From Octopus bimaculoides (taxonomy: Eukaryota), in contig NC_068992.1 of assembly GCF_001194135.2 (NCBI RefSeq), positions 29,612,446 to 29,676,445 of the forward strand: a stretch of DNA of 64,000 nt, given 5' to 3'. The notes under the pieces are model-generated. The model had not been told where the DNA came from, ran no database searches, and saw only the letters and a program-made list of their open reading frames with translations. A program made the translations under genes and the position numbers. This document shows, piece by piece, positions 41,768 through 55,064 of this stretch. The first letter of the stretch is position 1. Each line of letters begins with the position of its first letter.

Positions 41768-41863
41768 TTTTATTCTTTTATTCTTTTACTTGTTTCAGTG
41801 GGAGTGAACCCGGAACCATGTGGTTGGTAAGCAAGATACTTACCACATAGTCACTCCTGCGCC
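41765..41863 (-). mobile_element. Internally deleted family-C SINE (head fused to tail)
   Basis: Tail TTTTACTTGTTTCAGT joined directly to GGGAGTGAACCCGGAACC...CACTCCTGCGCC; flanked by (TA)n. Confidence 0.8.
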
Positions 41864-42069
41864 TATATATATAGGTTTTACAAATTATTTTTCCTGTTTT
41901 CCCGGTGATATTTATACTTATATTTTCCATCAGCTACCCCTACAATTCGCCTCCACGACCACTACCACGACCACCACTACGACTTCCACGACAACGACGA
42001 CGACGACGACCACCACCACCACCACCACCACCATCATCATCTTGACCAACAGAGTTCCCATCCTTTATA

Positions 42070-42135
<66 letters not shown>

Positions 42136-42851
42136 ATATAAGGTACTTTATCTTTCGAATGGGTTCATAGGATTTCACTTCCTGTCAATTTCAGCCCGAA
42201 TAAGCAATGTGTATAAGTATATGCAGATTTAAATTCATATCTATATACATATAAATAGCTATATTTATGTTTATTTGTATGCACACACATGAAAACACAC
42301 ACAGACACACGTGCACGCGTGCACACACGCGCTAACACACACAATCATATACGCACACATAAAATAATACACATACATATACATATATGAGTGTAATTGT
42401 GTTTCTGTGTGCATACTTAGTATATTCAATCTCAATCTCCTTGCACTCTCAGTAGTTCCTCAACATCTACGCCCTTGTGTTAAATACCAAAGTATTTCGT
42501 CCATTCAACGACATTTTATGTTATCACAATCAACGTGCCTCTATTTGTGATTTCTCTCCTTTTATCCCACCATTGCAAAATGTACTGTTAAAAGATGGTT
42601 GCTTTCGTACCACTTATATTCAAGTATACTCCACTCAAATCTCTATTCCTTTCATCATACCGACTGTGTCAAAATTCCAGATCTCATACAAACGGCAACG
42701 CCCTCTTCTTTGTCTGTAGAATATAGTCATTCACGAATTCCTGCACTGCACACATATCTTGAAGTGCAAATGTTTAAGCGAAATATGGAAGACAACAGTT
42801 GAAAACGTTTCAGACTTTCTACTCAACATACAGCGGCTTCCTGAAGGTAAT

Positions 42852-42889
<38 letters not shown>

Positions 42890-42910
42890 ACACACACATA
42901 CACACACACA

Positions 42911-42960
<50 letters not shown>

Positions 42961-43339
42961 AATAATACCTATACAAGCACTGACAGACANNNNNNNNNNN
43001 NNNNNNNNNNNNNNNNNNNNNNNNNNNNNNNNNNNNNNNNNNNNNNNNNNNNNNNNNNNNNNNNNNNNNNNNNNNNNNNNNNNNNNNNNNNNNNNNNNNN
43101 NNNNNNNNNNNNNNNNNNNNNNNNNNNNNNNNNNNNNNNNNNNNNNNNNNNNNNNNNNNNNNNNNNNNNNNNNNNNNNNNNNNNNNNNNNNNNNNNNNNN
43201 NNNNNNNNNNNNNNNNNNNNNNNNNNNNNNNNNNNNNNNNNNNNNNNNNNNNNNNNNNNNNNNNNNNNNNNNNNNNNNNNNNNNNNNNNNNNNNNNNNNN
43301 NNNNNNNNNNNNNNNNNNNNNNNNNNNNNNNNNNNNNNN

Positions 43340-43384
<45 letters not shown>

Positions 43385-44166
43385 TATACAGGAACGTTGT
43401 AGATCACTTCGACCATTGTTGTATAGAAATAGTGAATGAAAGAATAGGGAAATAAAGAAGGCTTCCAAAAACTAGTCGCAGAGGCTTGTATTCAGAAGGA
43501 AGCAGTCCAAGAAATGTCTATTTACATCGTCTTCTTTGTCTTAAACTGCTCGGAATAAGAGTTAGCAGCAGCAATTCTCGAACTGTTGATGCAAGAGACT
43601 CTAACTACTGGTCGTGACCGTTGTGACATATTTCCACATGCTGGTGGCGGTGGAAGATGGTGTTTGTGGCATATATTAAGATGTTTGTCGTAGTTGCCGT
43701 GATGTGTTCACAGGAGTCACCGGCATCTCCGATTGCTACAGATTTTCGAGGCAGTAAATCAATGTAGCTTCCGTTATATGAAAATTTCCTGTGTTGCTCT
43801 CCGAGGCTAGTATAGGGGCGTCTATTACTTTGATGGTGTACAGCCGCATTGGTTAAGTGTTTGCAGAAGTAATACGCGTCGGTAGTATGGTGCATTATAT
43901 GGATTCATAGAATCCCGTAACAATCACAGAAAGATGTGACTCCGATGTTTCGTTCATCTGAAGAGCTAACCTTCGAAATAGCATTATTTGTAATTGCACA
44001 GTTGTACCGTGGAATGTGTAGCATGCGTATTAGTGCAGACATGTAAAATAATTTATCATACACTGAAATTATTATCTAATGAATGCAACGAAACAACCGT
44101 AATCCTTATTTTAGCAAGTGGTTAAATATATATATATTCACCTCCCATAACTCCTTAGTTTGTATG

Positions 44167-44230
<64 letters not shown>

Positions 44231-44262
44231 GTCTGTCTGTCTATCCATTTTCTTATGTGTAT

Positions 44263-44299
<37 letters not shown>

Positions 44300-45143
44300 G
44301 ATATATTTATATATATGTGTATATACATATGCATATGCATATATATATCTATATCAATATCTATCTATCTATCTATCTATCTCTCTCTCTCTATATATAT
44401 ATACATATATGCTCCTATATATGTCTGTATATATATCGAGTATTATATTCTCGTGTATGTGTGAGTGTGTCTGTGTCTGTACATAAACGAACAGACGGAG
44501 AAAGATAGATGGATAAATCTAGTGAAAACAATGCAGCCACTGATACGCACCCGTACATATTTGTAATGAATTATTTACTTATGCTAGAGAGAATGCATCA
44601 GGTATATCCAAATCTTGCAAACCTGCCAACTAAATCTATGTACACAGACTACAACACACGCGCACACGCACGCACGCACACACGCACATATACACATATA
44701 CATCACTCCCCACACACACAGATGCACACAGATATATAATTTGAATATATATCTACAGACATGTATATGAATATGGTGTAATCACACTACGTATTTCTAA
44801 TGAGAAATACAAGATATAGGACTATACAAATTTATAAATATATGCAAAAACATATGTATAAGGTACGTAGAAACGAGAATTGAAATGAAACCAGTCAGAT
44901 AAATAACAGTGTACATATATATGCACAAATGAGAGTCTATATATATATATATATGCCACAAACACACAGAAACACACCGACACATATGTACACATTGATG
45001 AATATATATAGAAATCATACTGCAGTACTGCTGCTAATTCTTTTCTTTTATTTTTTCGTATTGATTGATGTCTCCCGCAATCCAACGAATACACGAATAC
45101 ACTTCAGATAAGCAAGTATGTCTCTCCTGCCTCTTTGTCTTTG

Positions 45144-45194
<51 letters not shown>

Positions 45195-45554
45195 GTGTAT
45201 ATGTGTGCATTTGTGTGTGTGTATATATNNNNNNNNNNNNNNNNNNNNNNNNNNNNNNNNNNNNNNNNNNNNNNNNNNNNNNNNNNNNNNNNNNNNNNNN
45301 NNNNNNNNNNNNNNNNNNNNNNNNNNNNNNNNNNNNNNNNNNNNNNNNNNNNNNNNNNNNNNNNNNNNNNNNNNNNNNNNNNNNNNNNNNNNNNNNNNNN
45401 NNNNNNNNNNNNNNNNNNNNNNNNNNNNNNNNNNNNNNNNNNNNNNNNNNNNNNNNNNNNNNNNNNNNNNNNNNNNNNNNNNNNNNNNNNNNNNNNNNNN
45501 NNNNNNNNNNNNNNNNNNNNNNNNNNNNNNNNNNNNNNNNNNNNNNNNNNNNNN

Positions 45555-45590
<36 letters not shown>

Positions 45591-46474
45591 TACAGATATG
45601 TATACTTATACACACATAGGTAATTATGTGCATATATATTGATATAAATATACAAGCATATGTTTATATAACTACGTATATAGTATGCAGCCTTATATGT
45701 ACATCCTAGTGCATACATATACCTCTATATGTTGAGCCAGAGTTTCTTAAGCAAACACATACACATACGCACGCGCACACATACATATCCATATATATGA
45801 ATGTAGGCATATGTATGTGTCTATACACATTTTGATTATATACCACATATAATAAGTACATATGCCAAAATTCGTAAGTAGATAGTTAATTAGATATCAC
45901 TGCATGGGTTATCAAAACAAAATAAAGTAAACAATGAATACACGTATGTGTTATTTAACGATTTTCTCATAATGGTGCTTTCAAGACAAAATTTCTAACC
46001 TACACATGTGGTACAATGCCTGGTGATGAAGGTAGACTTCATGCATATATGTACATACGTATGTTTCTATGCGTGTGTGTGTATTTATATANNNNNNNNN
46101 NATATATATATATACATATTTACACACACACACACACATATATCTATATACGTACATACATATATACATATCTATACATACATGTATGTACGCATTCGTG
46201 CGGAAATACACACGTTTACTATTATATACAAATGCGTATGCTTAAATTGACTTAAGATACGTAAATTACTGAGTGTCTATTTAATGTTTGTGTCTGATAT
46301 ATCGACTGAACATCAGACGAGATTCTTTGTTCTTACGGATATATGTTTTCTAGTGAGAGCCACATTAAACTTCAAGTGAGAAGAAATATTGCGCCACTAA
46401 ATAGGCTCCACACAAATGTATTATGAGTTACGAAAGCCTTAAATCTGTATAAGTCGTATATACGTACAGTACCA

Positions 46475-46865
46475 TTATTGTTGTTGTTGGCACTCCGTCG
46501 CTTACGACGTCGATGGTTTAAGTTGATCCGATCAACGGAACAGCCTGCTCGTGAAATTAACGTGCAAGTGGCTGAGCACTCCACAGACACGTGTACCCTT
46601 AACGTAGTTCTCGGGGATATTCAGCCTGACACAGTGTGACAAGGCTGACCCTTTGAAATACAGGCACAACAGAAACAGGAAGTAAGAGTGAGAGAAAGTT
46701 GTGGTGAAAGAGTACAGCAATGTTCGCCATCAATCCCCTGCCGGAGCCTCGTAGAGCTTTAGGTGTTTTCGTTCAATAAACACTCACAACGACCGGTCTG
46801 GGAATCGAAACCGCGATCCTATGACCGCGAATCCGCTGCCCTAACCACTGGGTCATTGCGCCTCC
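46475..46865 (-). mobile_element. Full-length family-A SINE
   Basis: Near-identical to 368-747; (AAC)n tail; 9-bp TSD ACAGTACCA at 46466-46474 and 46866-46874. Confidence 0.92.
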
Positions 46866-47043
46866 ACAGTACCAGTAACATAATGAGTAACTTAATATCC
46901 TGCAACAGACAATATATCGTTCTTGAAAATCTGTCACCTGTTCTCTCATTTTTTAATTAATTATTTACCTACACATAGGGAGGCTTTTGATTGTATTTTT
47001 AGGAGACTGGTTAAAATTCAATGCGATAATTAATAAGAATACT

Positions 47044-48988
47044 TGCAGAATCGTTAGCACGCCTTGTAAAATGTTTTGTCGCCTTTTGTCTCTCTTCTTT
47101 GTCTGAGTTCAAATTCCGCCGAGGTTAACTTTCATCCTTTCGGGGTCAATAAAATAAATTCCAGCTGAACAGTGGCGTCAATGTAATTGACTTTTCCTCA
47201 CCCTCAAACTGCTGGCTTTGCGCCAAAATTTCAGATCAATATTTAGTTAATGCAAGACGGTGAGTAGGCAGAATCGTTCTCACGTCCCTTATCCAAAGTT
47301 ACTCTCCTTGTAATCGAAATATAGTCAGTGGTACTTATGTAGAAATTTCAAATTACGCCGGTTTTTTCTTAGATACCGATCATTGTGTGTTTGATGAAAT
47401 AAGTACAGTCAAGGGCCTGAGTTTATTTTATTCACCAAATATATCAAACAAATTTTTAAAACTTCCTATGGTTGGTATTTTATATTCAAAGGACAGAGTG
47501 GGCATGAATCTGCAGAAGCTGGGCGCAAGATGTAGTTGATAATTTTGTTAACATCTGGGTCGGGAAAAGTGGCGAGCTGTCCGTTGTTGTTGCTGCCCTG
47601 AGTTCAAATTCCGCCGAAGTCGACTTTATCTTCCATCCTTTCAGGATGGATAAAATAAGCTTTTGGGTAGATGTAATCCCAGTGTAGCAAGCTGTCCCCA
47701 ATGTAGCAAGTTGGCAAAATTGTTACCGAGCCGGGAAAATGCTTACTGGCATTTCGTCTGTTTTTGTGTTCTGAGTTCAAATGCCTCCGTGGACGACCAG
47801 TCAAGCATCAAGGTCGATGTAATCGACTTACCCCTCCCGCAAAATTGCTGGCCTTGTATCAAAATTTCAAATCAATAATATAGTCGGTGCTACGGTGGCG
47901 AAATGGCAGAGTCGTGATTACGGTGGACAAAAGGATTAGGGGCGTTTCGTCCGTCTTTAAGTTCTGAGTTCAAATTCCGTTGATTTTTCTTTTCATCCTT
48001 TCGGAGTCGATAAAAGAAGTACAAGTTGAGCACTAGAGTCAATGAAATCAACTTACCACCTCCCTCAAATTTCTGAACTTTTTAAAGATCTTTAGTACTG
48101 GGCAAAATGATTAGCGACATTTTTTCTTGCTGTTTATGTTCTGAGTTCAAACACCGTCGTGATCGAATTTGCTTTTCCCCTTTCGTGGTCAATAAAATAA
48201 GTAGCATTTGAGCACTAAGGTTAATGTAATGGATTTACCTCCTTCCTGAAAATTGCCTGCCTTGGCCCAAAATTTGAAACTGGTGTTTACTTAAACCTGT
48301 TTATGTACTGATTTCAAATTTTGCCTCGTTATTCATTGCCTCTGATTATTCTGTATTCCGTATAATAAAGTCAATAGCCACAGGTTCTTTTATACACATA
48401 TATGGCAGGCAAACATATTAGCCGTAACTCTGCGGGCATTATATATTTACACAACAGATCATGGAAAAATCTGCAGAAATCCGATCAAAAATGTGGCATT
48501 TATTTTAGCCTTTCATTATTCGAGAAGGCAGGACAAGGCAGTGAGTTTGCAGAATCGTTACCACGATGAACAAAATGCTTAGCGGCATTTCATCTGTCTT
48601 CCCATCCTGTGTTCAAATTCTGCCGAGGTTAACTTTGCCTTTAATAATTTAAAAGTCGATAAAATAAGCACCAGTTGAGTACTGGTTCAATGTAATCGAC
48701 GTTCCCCCTCCCTCTCGATTGCTGGCAATGTGCTAAAATTTGAAATCATTATTTAGAATGGGTGATCAATTTAGGTGGTGAGCTGGCAGAATCAGTGGCA
48801 CACTATACGAAATGCTTGCCGTTTTCTGTTCTGGTTTTACGCAGGGATTTCAAATACCGTCGAACTCAGCTTTGACTTTCATTCCTTCAGGTTCAAGAAA
48901 ATGAGTATCAGCTGAATACTTGGGTCGATGTAATGGATTAACTCCCAACCTACAAAATTTCAGCTCTTGTGCCTATGGTAGAAAGATT
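47044..48988 (+). mobile_element. Cluster of about 8 family-B SINE copies or fragments, all on the plus strand
   Basis: Copies start near 47044, 47254 (head only), 47600, 47705, 47893, 48095, 48535 and 48773. Each has the GGCAGAATCG head and/or (C)TGAGTTCAAA and CATCCTTTC.GGGTC.ATAAAA motifs. Confidence 0.85.
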
Positions 48989-49299
48989 TTTTGGTGGTGA
49001 CAATAAAATTAGTAGATCTTAAATGTAAGAATATCAGCGATTAGAGCGTCTCAAAAAATAAAACGTGCTAAACATATCATTTTTCAACTAATATGTTCAA
49101 ATCTTTAAATTGAAAATGGAATTTCATCATTCCATTGTCAAATTAAATAAATAACAGCAGAGCCTTATAATATCACTACGAACGTTACTAATCATTAACC
49201 AAATTCATTATCTAGAATGCCTTATTTATGGCAAACATTTCCTTGTATTTCACAACTCTCTTAATAATGCCTTCTAATTTAAGTACAAAGCTAGCACTC

Positions 49300-49480
49300 T
49301 TAAGAGCAGGGGATTAATCGATAGAATCGATTCCGGTACTTGATGAGTACTTTCCTTTTAATCGGACACGATAGGATGAAAGGCAGCGTTAACCTCGGGA
49401 GGTTTGGACTCAGAAGGTAAAGAACCGGAAAAAACCCGCAGATCCTCTTTTTTTTTCCGACGCTCTAATGACTCTACCCG
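49300..49480 (-). mobile_element. Degraded family-B SINE
   Basis: Reverse complement of TTCTGAGTCCAAAC...GAGGTTAACGCTGCCTTTCATCC. Confidence 0.6.
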
Positions 49481-49654
49481 ATCAGTGCATTAAAGCACAT
49501 AATAATTGAAATTATATTGACATTATCTGCGTTGGAAGTTGAAGACCGTAATAATTTGTGATAAAATCTCAATAAAGTGTGATGCACACTAATTTTGTCC
49601 CTCTTTTCCATTCTACGAACGGATTATAGGAAGGACGATTGAGCTGCAACAGTA

Positions 49655-49765
49655 AGGCGAATATACAGACATAGTGTTGCCTGGGGTCGATTTTCTTGAC
49701 TAAAGGCGGTGCTTCAGCATGGCCACAGTCAAATGACTGAAACAAGTAAAAGAATAAAAGAGTAT
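49655..49765 (+). mobile_element. Family-C SINE 3' end
   Basis: GACTAAAGGCGGTGCTTCAGCATGGCCACAGTCAAATGACTGAAACAAGTAAAAGAATAAAAGAG. Confidence 0.8.
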
Positions 49766-50210
49766 ATAGCATTACCTGTCGGAAAATGAAGAACACTCCA
49801 TACGATAGTAGAGACTAATGATGCATTATTTTTGGTCGAGTCTCTTGTTACACTGTCACATCTTGTTTGAAGATACCGTGTACCTATTCAGATAATGCAA
49901 ACGCACACGCGTACACACTCATGCATACATCACTGTTTCGTGGGTGTGTGTATGTCCGTGTGGAATAACAGTTTTGTAGGTTTAGAACGGAAAGTGCTAA
50001 TTTTGTTCTGCTCATTCGGCAAATAGTTGCTTAAGATGATCCATAGTATGCTCAAATGATAGACACCGGACTAGGTCCACCAACATCGCATATCATTTGA
50101 ACCATCTAAAACTTAGCTGCTTAGATGTGATCGACTTACCCCCTCTTCTCAAATGTCAGCCATTGTGTCTATAGTAAAAAGGGTTATTATTATTATTATT
50201 ATTATTATTG

Positions 50211-50245
<35 letters not shown>

Positions 50246-50912
50246 TGTAGTAGTAGTAGTAGTAGAAGAATGCGAAGAGTTGGTAGGATCGTTAGCGCGG
50301 TGGATAAAATGCTTAGCATCATTTCTTACAGCTTTACACACCGAGGAAGGGATTGACAAAATAAGATAGGATTGAGAAAATAAGTACCAGTGAATGTACC
50401 GGTGTCTATGATATTAGCTAGCCCCTCCTCCTACATTTTAGGTCTATGGTTAGTTAGCGTCGGGCTCACAATCATGAGGTAGTGAGTTCGATTCCCAGAA
50501 TGGACAGTGTGTTGTATTCTTGCCCTAGACACTTTATTTCACGTTTCTCCAGTTCACTCATAATCAACATTGTGCCTCGGAGGGGAACTTTCTGGGTGCA
50601 ATCCCAGGGTCATTCATGACCAATTTTCTTTTATCCTTTTATTCTACCATGACGGTGTTTGAGTTTTGCTTCGTGTTTATACAAGCAGCCTCAAGAGACT
50701 ACAAGTTATAAGTTAAGGTGGTTATTATGAGTAAGATGGTTGATAACTGCCATGATTTGGAGAAGGAATGTGGTTAGGTGAGACAGATTTCTGTTTAAAT
50801 TGAGCAGCTTCGATTCGGTAGAAGTATTATTTTAGCAAGTGTGCTTTTGATATGTTAGGAAAGATTGTGTTGGATTTATATAATATTTTTCGTCGAGTAT
50901 GGGCAAGCTCCA

Positions 50913-52095
50913 TGTTGTGGCGAGAGTCATTAACGCCCCTGTGGGATTGAAAGAATGGACTAGCCGAACTCTTATGAAGCGTTGCGCATTGGTTGATACG
51001 GGGAGCAGTCGTACGAGTCGTTTAGAGTTTGTGGAAGTCGTAGGAAGTCATTGTGATTGTTGACAGTTTATGTTTATTGGAGTATCGGGTTTAGTGGAGT
51101 AATTTGATGTACGTCGTATGAAGAGAGTTGTGTCTATCCCCGCTTCGTGAAATCTGTATATCCAGCGTATACATGGATATAAAAGTGGCGACTAGTTTAT
51201 TCAAAGCTTGCGTCGGATGTTAATATTTTCATGTGAAACGAAATCAAAGCATAGTTAGTTAACATGGAAGAATTATTAGCCTCCGCGGTGAAATTGCAAT
51301 AACAACTGCAACAAAATAGCAACAGAAACACCAATATCAACAGTTGCTGGAATTAATGTCGAAGTCCAAAAATATTTCACGTACGTTCTTGACAAACGGC
51401 GTATTTAACGCAGTTGCAGAATTTAATTATAACCCAGTTTCTTCATATTTCCGAAGATATGAAGAAATCTTCAAAGATGAATGCAAAAATTGGACGGACA
51501 ATGGAAAGGTACGACTACTTTTAAGAAAATTATCACCTGTCGAACATGAAAAATAATGTAATTACATTCTGCAATAAAAAAGTGAAATTTGTTTCGATGA
51601 AACAATTAAATTGTTATCGAACATTTTCAGTGAGAGCTGTTCTCTGTTCAATATTCGCTGGGAGTATTTGAATTTATTAAAAAAAAAAAGGTGATTTCTT
51701 CACCTATGCCGAATGGTCAATAGACAGTGTGAAAAATTCAGACTAAAAGAATCAACCCCGCGCATGTTCAAATGTCTAATTTTGTCCAAGGGTTAACTGT
51801 AAGCAAGAATGCAGATCTACGTGCCCTGATATTGCCAAAGTCAGAACATGACCAGAATGTCACTCTGCAGACAGTGGTAGAGGAATGTCAGAGAATTTTT
51901 TTATCACGTCGTGATACAAATAAAACCTAAGAAAACGATTACTCCCACAGATCTACGTGTCGAGTTGTAACGGATAACGACTAAAAAAAGAAGCTCGGGA
52001 CCCAATCTGTGTTATAAGCGCGAAGAACTACATTTTAGAAATAACTGTCCGTTTAAAATCTAAAATGTTTTATCTGTCAAAAAAATCTTTACATC
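50913..52095 (+). mobile_element. Ty3/Gypsy (K02A2.6-like) LTR retrotransposon remnant: putative 5' LTR, PBS, decayed gag
   Basis: Putative LTR from TGTTG at 50913 to about 51184; PBS-like TGGCGAC at 51186; ATG at 51264. YFRRYEEIFKDECKNW..KVRLLLRKL...EHE, SLFN.RW, CEKF.L, MFKCLI, VQGL, TLQTV.EECQR, then a degenerate CCHC. LTR limits are tentative. Confidence 0.82.
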
Positions 52096-52099
52096 CAAC

Positions 52100-52519
52100 G
52101 CATAGAGGGATATAAAACTCCATGAAAACTATCTTCCAAAATTTCTTCCAATTTTTTTTTGATTCCCTGAGATTTGAGATAGGTAGTAATAGTCAACCAT
52201 TCTTACTATTGTTCCGAGGGAACCTACAACTTCAAGTACTTTTGTAGTCTTGACTTTCCAAATTTTGCCAATATCGTTTTGAAGATTGTTGTACTTGCTC
52301 AAATTTTGGCAGGTCTTGACATAAATTTATTTCAAATGGGACAGCCAAATGAATGACCAATTTTCATCTATCTTTATGTTAGTCTTAACAGAAAAGTCCC
52401 ATAGGAGTGAGATATGATATTTTTCAGGCACTGCGAGTTGCTTGTGTTCCCACCAGTTTCTATGACAAAGCAGGTCTAGGTCCTTATAAATTAACCAGTT
52501 GATATACTGTGACCCGGAG
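52100..52519 (-). mobile_element. R4-clade retrotransposon endonuclease fragment (second, distinct lineage)
   Basis: QYINW...NWWEHK...LLWDFSVKT..KID.N, LSKY.NLQ..IGKIWK, VVGSLG. Confidence 0.72.
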
Positions 52520-53460
52520 TGTAGGTAAGCGCTCCCAGCCCTCTGATAGTCAGGCAATGTAGTCAGTGGAAGTCCCACATTGGAGTTCTGTAGGGTATTA
52601 GTGACAAGCACGAGCACCAACGTTCTCGGGAAAACTCTGAACGTCAAGAGGAATCAAGGAATAAATCTTTTCGGGAGGACTTTATGGCAGAGGCTTATGG
52701 ATGATTTTCAGAAATTCCTAGCCTGGCAATGTTACTGGAAGGCTCTACCGGTTCGAGACAAGCTCTATAGGCACGGAAATGCTGTCAGACGGACTCGTCC
52801 AAAATGTGCGCAGGGTGATGAAACCGGTTTGCATTCCCTCTTACAGTGTCCGGGTATTGCTGACTTGTAGAGCTTTGTCGAACAGCTGTTGATGCGTGTA
52901 GAACGAATACGTTTATCAGTGGAGTACAATGTGAGGATCGCTCCACCGCATTCTTTCGGCCGGTAAAGGAAAGCAGTTTTTCTCTGTCTGATGGCTACGG
53001 TGAGAAAGCGAGTGTGGTGGACGAGATTGAAAGAACTGAAGACAGAAACGTTAATCCTCGGCAATGTCATTGAATTTTTCAAGTTCCACTTGAAAATGAA
53101 AGTGAGAGTAGAGAGAAGTACTGCCAGCCAGTACTTCTACTGGATATGGCCAGTATGGCGCGTGTAAATAGGCCTACTCTGAACATACGCGTGTAAGCCA
53201 GAAGACCTGAGAAGGAGAGAGGCACCTGCAGAGGTACTTTCGACGATCGGGGTGACCGAGTTGTGTAGGGTTCTTTGGTTGTTCCTTTATGGAACTCTTC
53301 GATTTTGGGGAATTGTTTGTTAACTCTTTGTCGTTAATTGTTCTTGTTTTATTTTATACTCACTTTTTTTTGCTAAGACCCACTTGTCCCGGGTGGTGCG
53401 TTGTGTTCTACAGCAAATATTTCATCACACGTTGCACTGAGATCGCTTCAACACATGACG
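52520..53460 (+). mobile_element. Tx1/L1-type LINE 3' fragment
   Basis: LAWQCY..ALPVRDKL.RHG...PKC...DET.LH.L.QCP.IA.L...VFLCLMA...VWWTRLK...FFK.HLK, followed by a T-rich 3' UTR. Confidence 0.82.
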
Positions 53461-53623
53461 CGTGGTTCACTGTGCATCTGTTCGGGCAACCTCGATTTGA
53501 TGAAGGAAACGAAATAATGTACAGCAAATACGTTTGATTACTATAAACAAATCATTTGTTCAAGTCGTTCAACAAAAGCTGAACACTCATCCGTCATCTT
53601 GGACAAGAGAGTCCATCATTACT

Positions 53624-53665
<42 letters not shown>

Positions 53666-53808
53666 GCTCTGAGTTCAAATTCCGCCGAGGTTGAATTTGC
53701 CTTTCAGCGTTTCGTGTGTCTAACACTGGGGTTGATGAAATCGACTTAGACCCTCTCCCGAAATTGAGGGTCTTTGTACCCAACTTTGAAACCGTTATGA
53801 TTATTATT
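53624..53808 (+). mobile_element. (GTT)n followed by a 5'-truncated family-B SINE
   Basis: CTGAGTTCAAATTCCGCCGAGGTTGAATTTGCCTTTCA. Confidence 0.75.
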
Positions 53809-55064
53809 TTACCTCTTTGACTGCATTATCTAATCTGACTGTCATTACGGCAGCAGGGTATGCTTCAAGGGAATTCTGCATACTCTTTCTAGTAGCACTC
53901 GCGTTTTGATTATGTACCAGTAATATTATATAAGCGATTGCACTGACTCTACATTAAATATTATTGTCTTTTTGCCGATGTCAAAAATCAATACGTAAAA
54001 ATGTATTCAATCTGCAATTTTACCATTGAAATATTGTTTTCAATCAGCTGGGAATGACGATTGTCAAAGCTACTTTTCAATTGATTTAAATGCTTTATTT
54101 TGTGCAGAAATATTTTACAGCCTGCTTCTTAATTGTTTCGTTCATACGAATTACAATAGAATTAAGATCAATAAAGCAACGCATGCTTCTTTATAAATCT
54201 GCTGCAAGTCCATGATACTTTTATTAAGTATTGTAAAATCTTGCATTCAATTACTACTTCAGTAACTTTTGGCATTATGTTAATTCTTCGTGGGGGATTT
54301 AGATCCTCCTCTTAATTTACATCATCATAGCAATACAATGTGCAGCAATTGCTATGTGTGAACAAGAGTGATGTATTTGTTGTTTCTTTTGTCTTAATGA
54401 CATTGACATCCTTCTTCGTGATTTAATTTCCTGTATGTTGAGTTTCAGTAGTTGGTATTTTGGCATCACTTGTTCAAACCCTAATAATGCACATGACGAG
54501 AATACTCTAATGCTCTCCTATAACTTCTCGTCAAAATTTGAATAGCAAATTGCTACGAGAAATGCTGTTTAAATTCTTCCAAGGGAAGAACACGATCTCG
54601 GCAAAAATATTCCGCTACATGGTTTTATGGTTACTTTGTATAAGAACAAAACAAGTATGAAGAAGAGGACGACAAAATTTCTCTTAAATATGATCATCTG
54701 TTTTTGTTCGAAAGAGTACGTTTAGAACCGTCATTCCTGACACGGCACATCATGATTTGGATGATATTTCACTGATATATTTTGCAGGTGAATCAAGCAT
54801 GCAGAAGAATCTTTTTATCTGCTACATCACTTCAATTTCCCGTCCAATTCTTTTTCATCCATAAAATCTAAAAGGTCACAACATACTTGTTAATCACATA
54901 TTATGATATAAGATTTCCGGATTATTCCAGGGACATCAATATTGATCAAATAACTCAGCTAATAAATTATGAAATGTTGTATAGAATATCTTTCCCCTTC
55001 TAAAATCTCAACTACAATAGATTACAAAATTACGTTCTTTTCTAGTTCTTTTATAGAGGCCATT

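Noticed and set aside
43480-43960. GC-richer block with a 96-aa minus ORF
   Set aside because: Only vague RTE-like words (LLGIR, SRIG); cannot support either an exon or a TE call
47044-48988. CRISPR-like appearance of the recurring TGAGTTCAAA motif with variable spacers
   Set aside because: Eukaryotic context, irregular spacing of about 110-450 bp and degenerate repeats; the motif is the SINE B-box-like segment
53114-53138. Perfect 10-bp inverted repeat AGAAGTACTG/CAGTACTTCT
   Set aside because: Short, lies inside a dead Tx1 copy and is probably a local template-switch mutation
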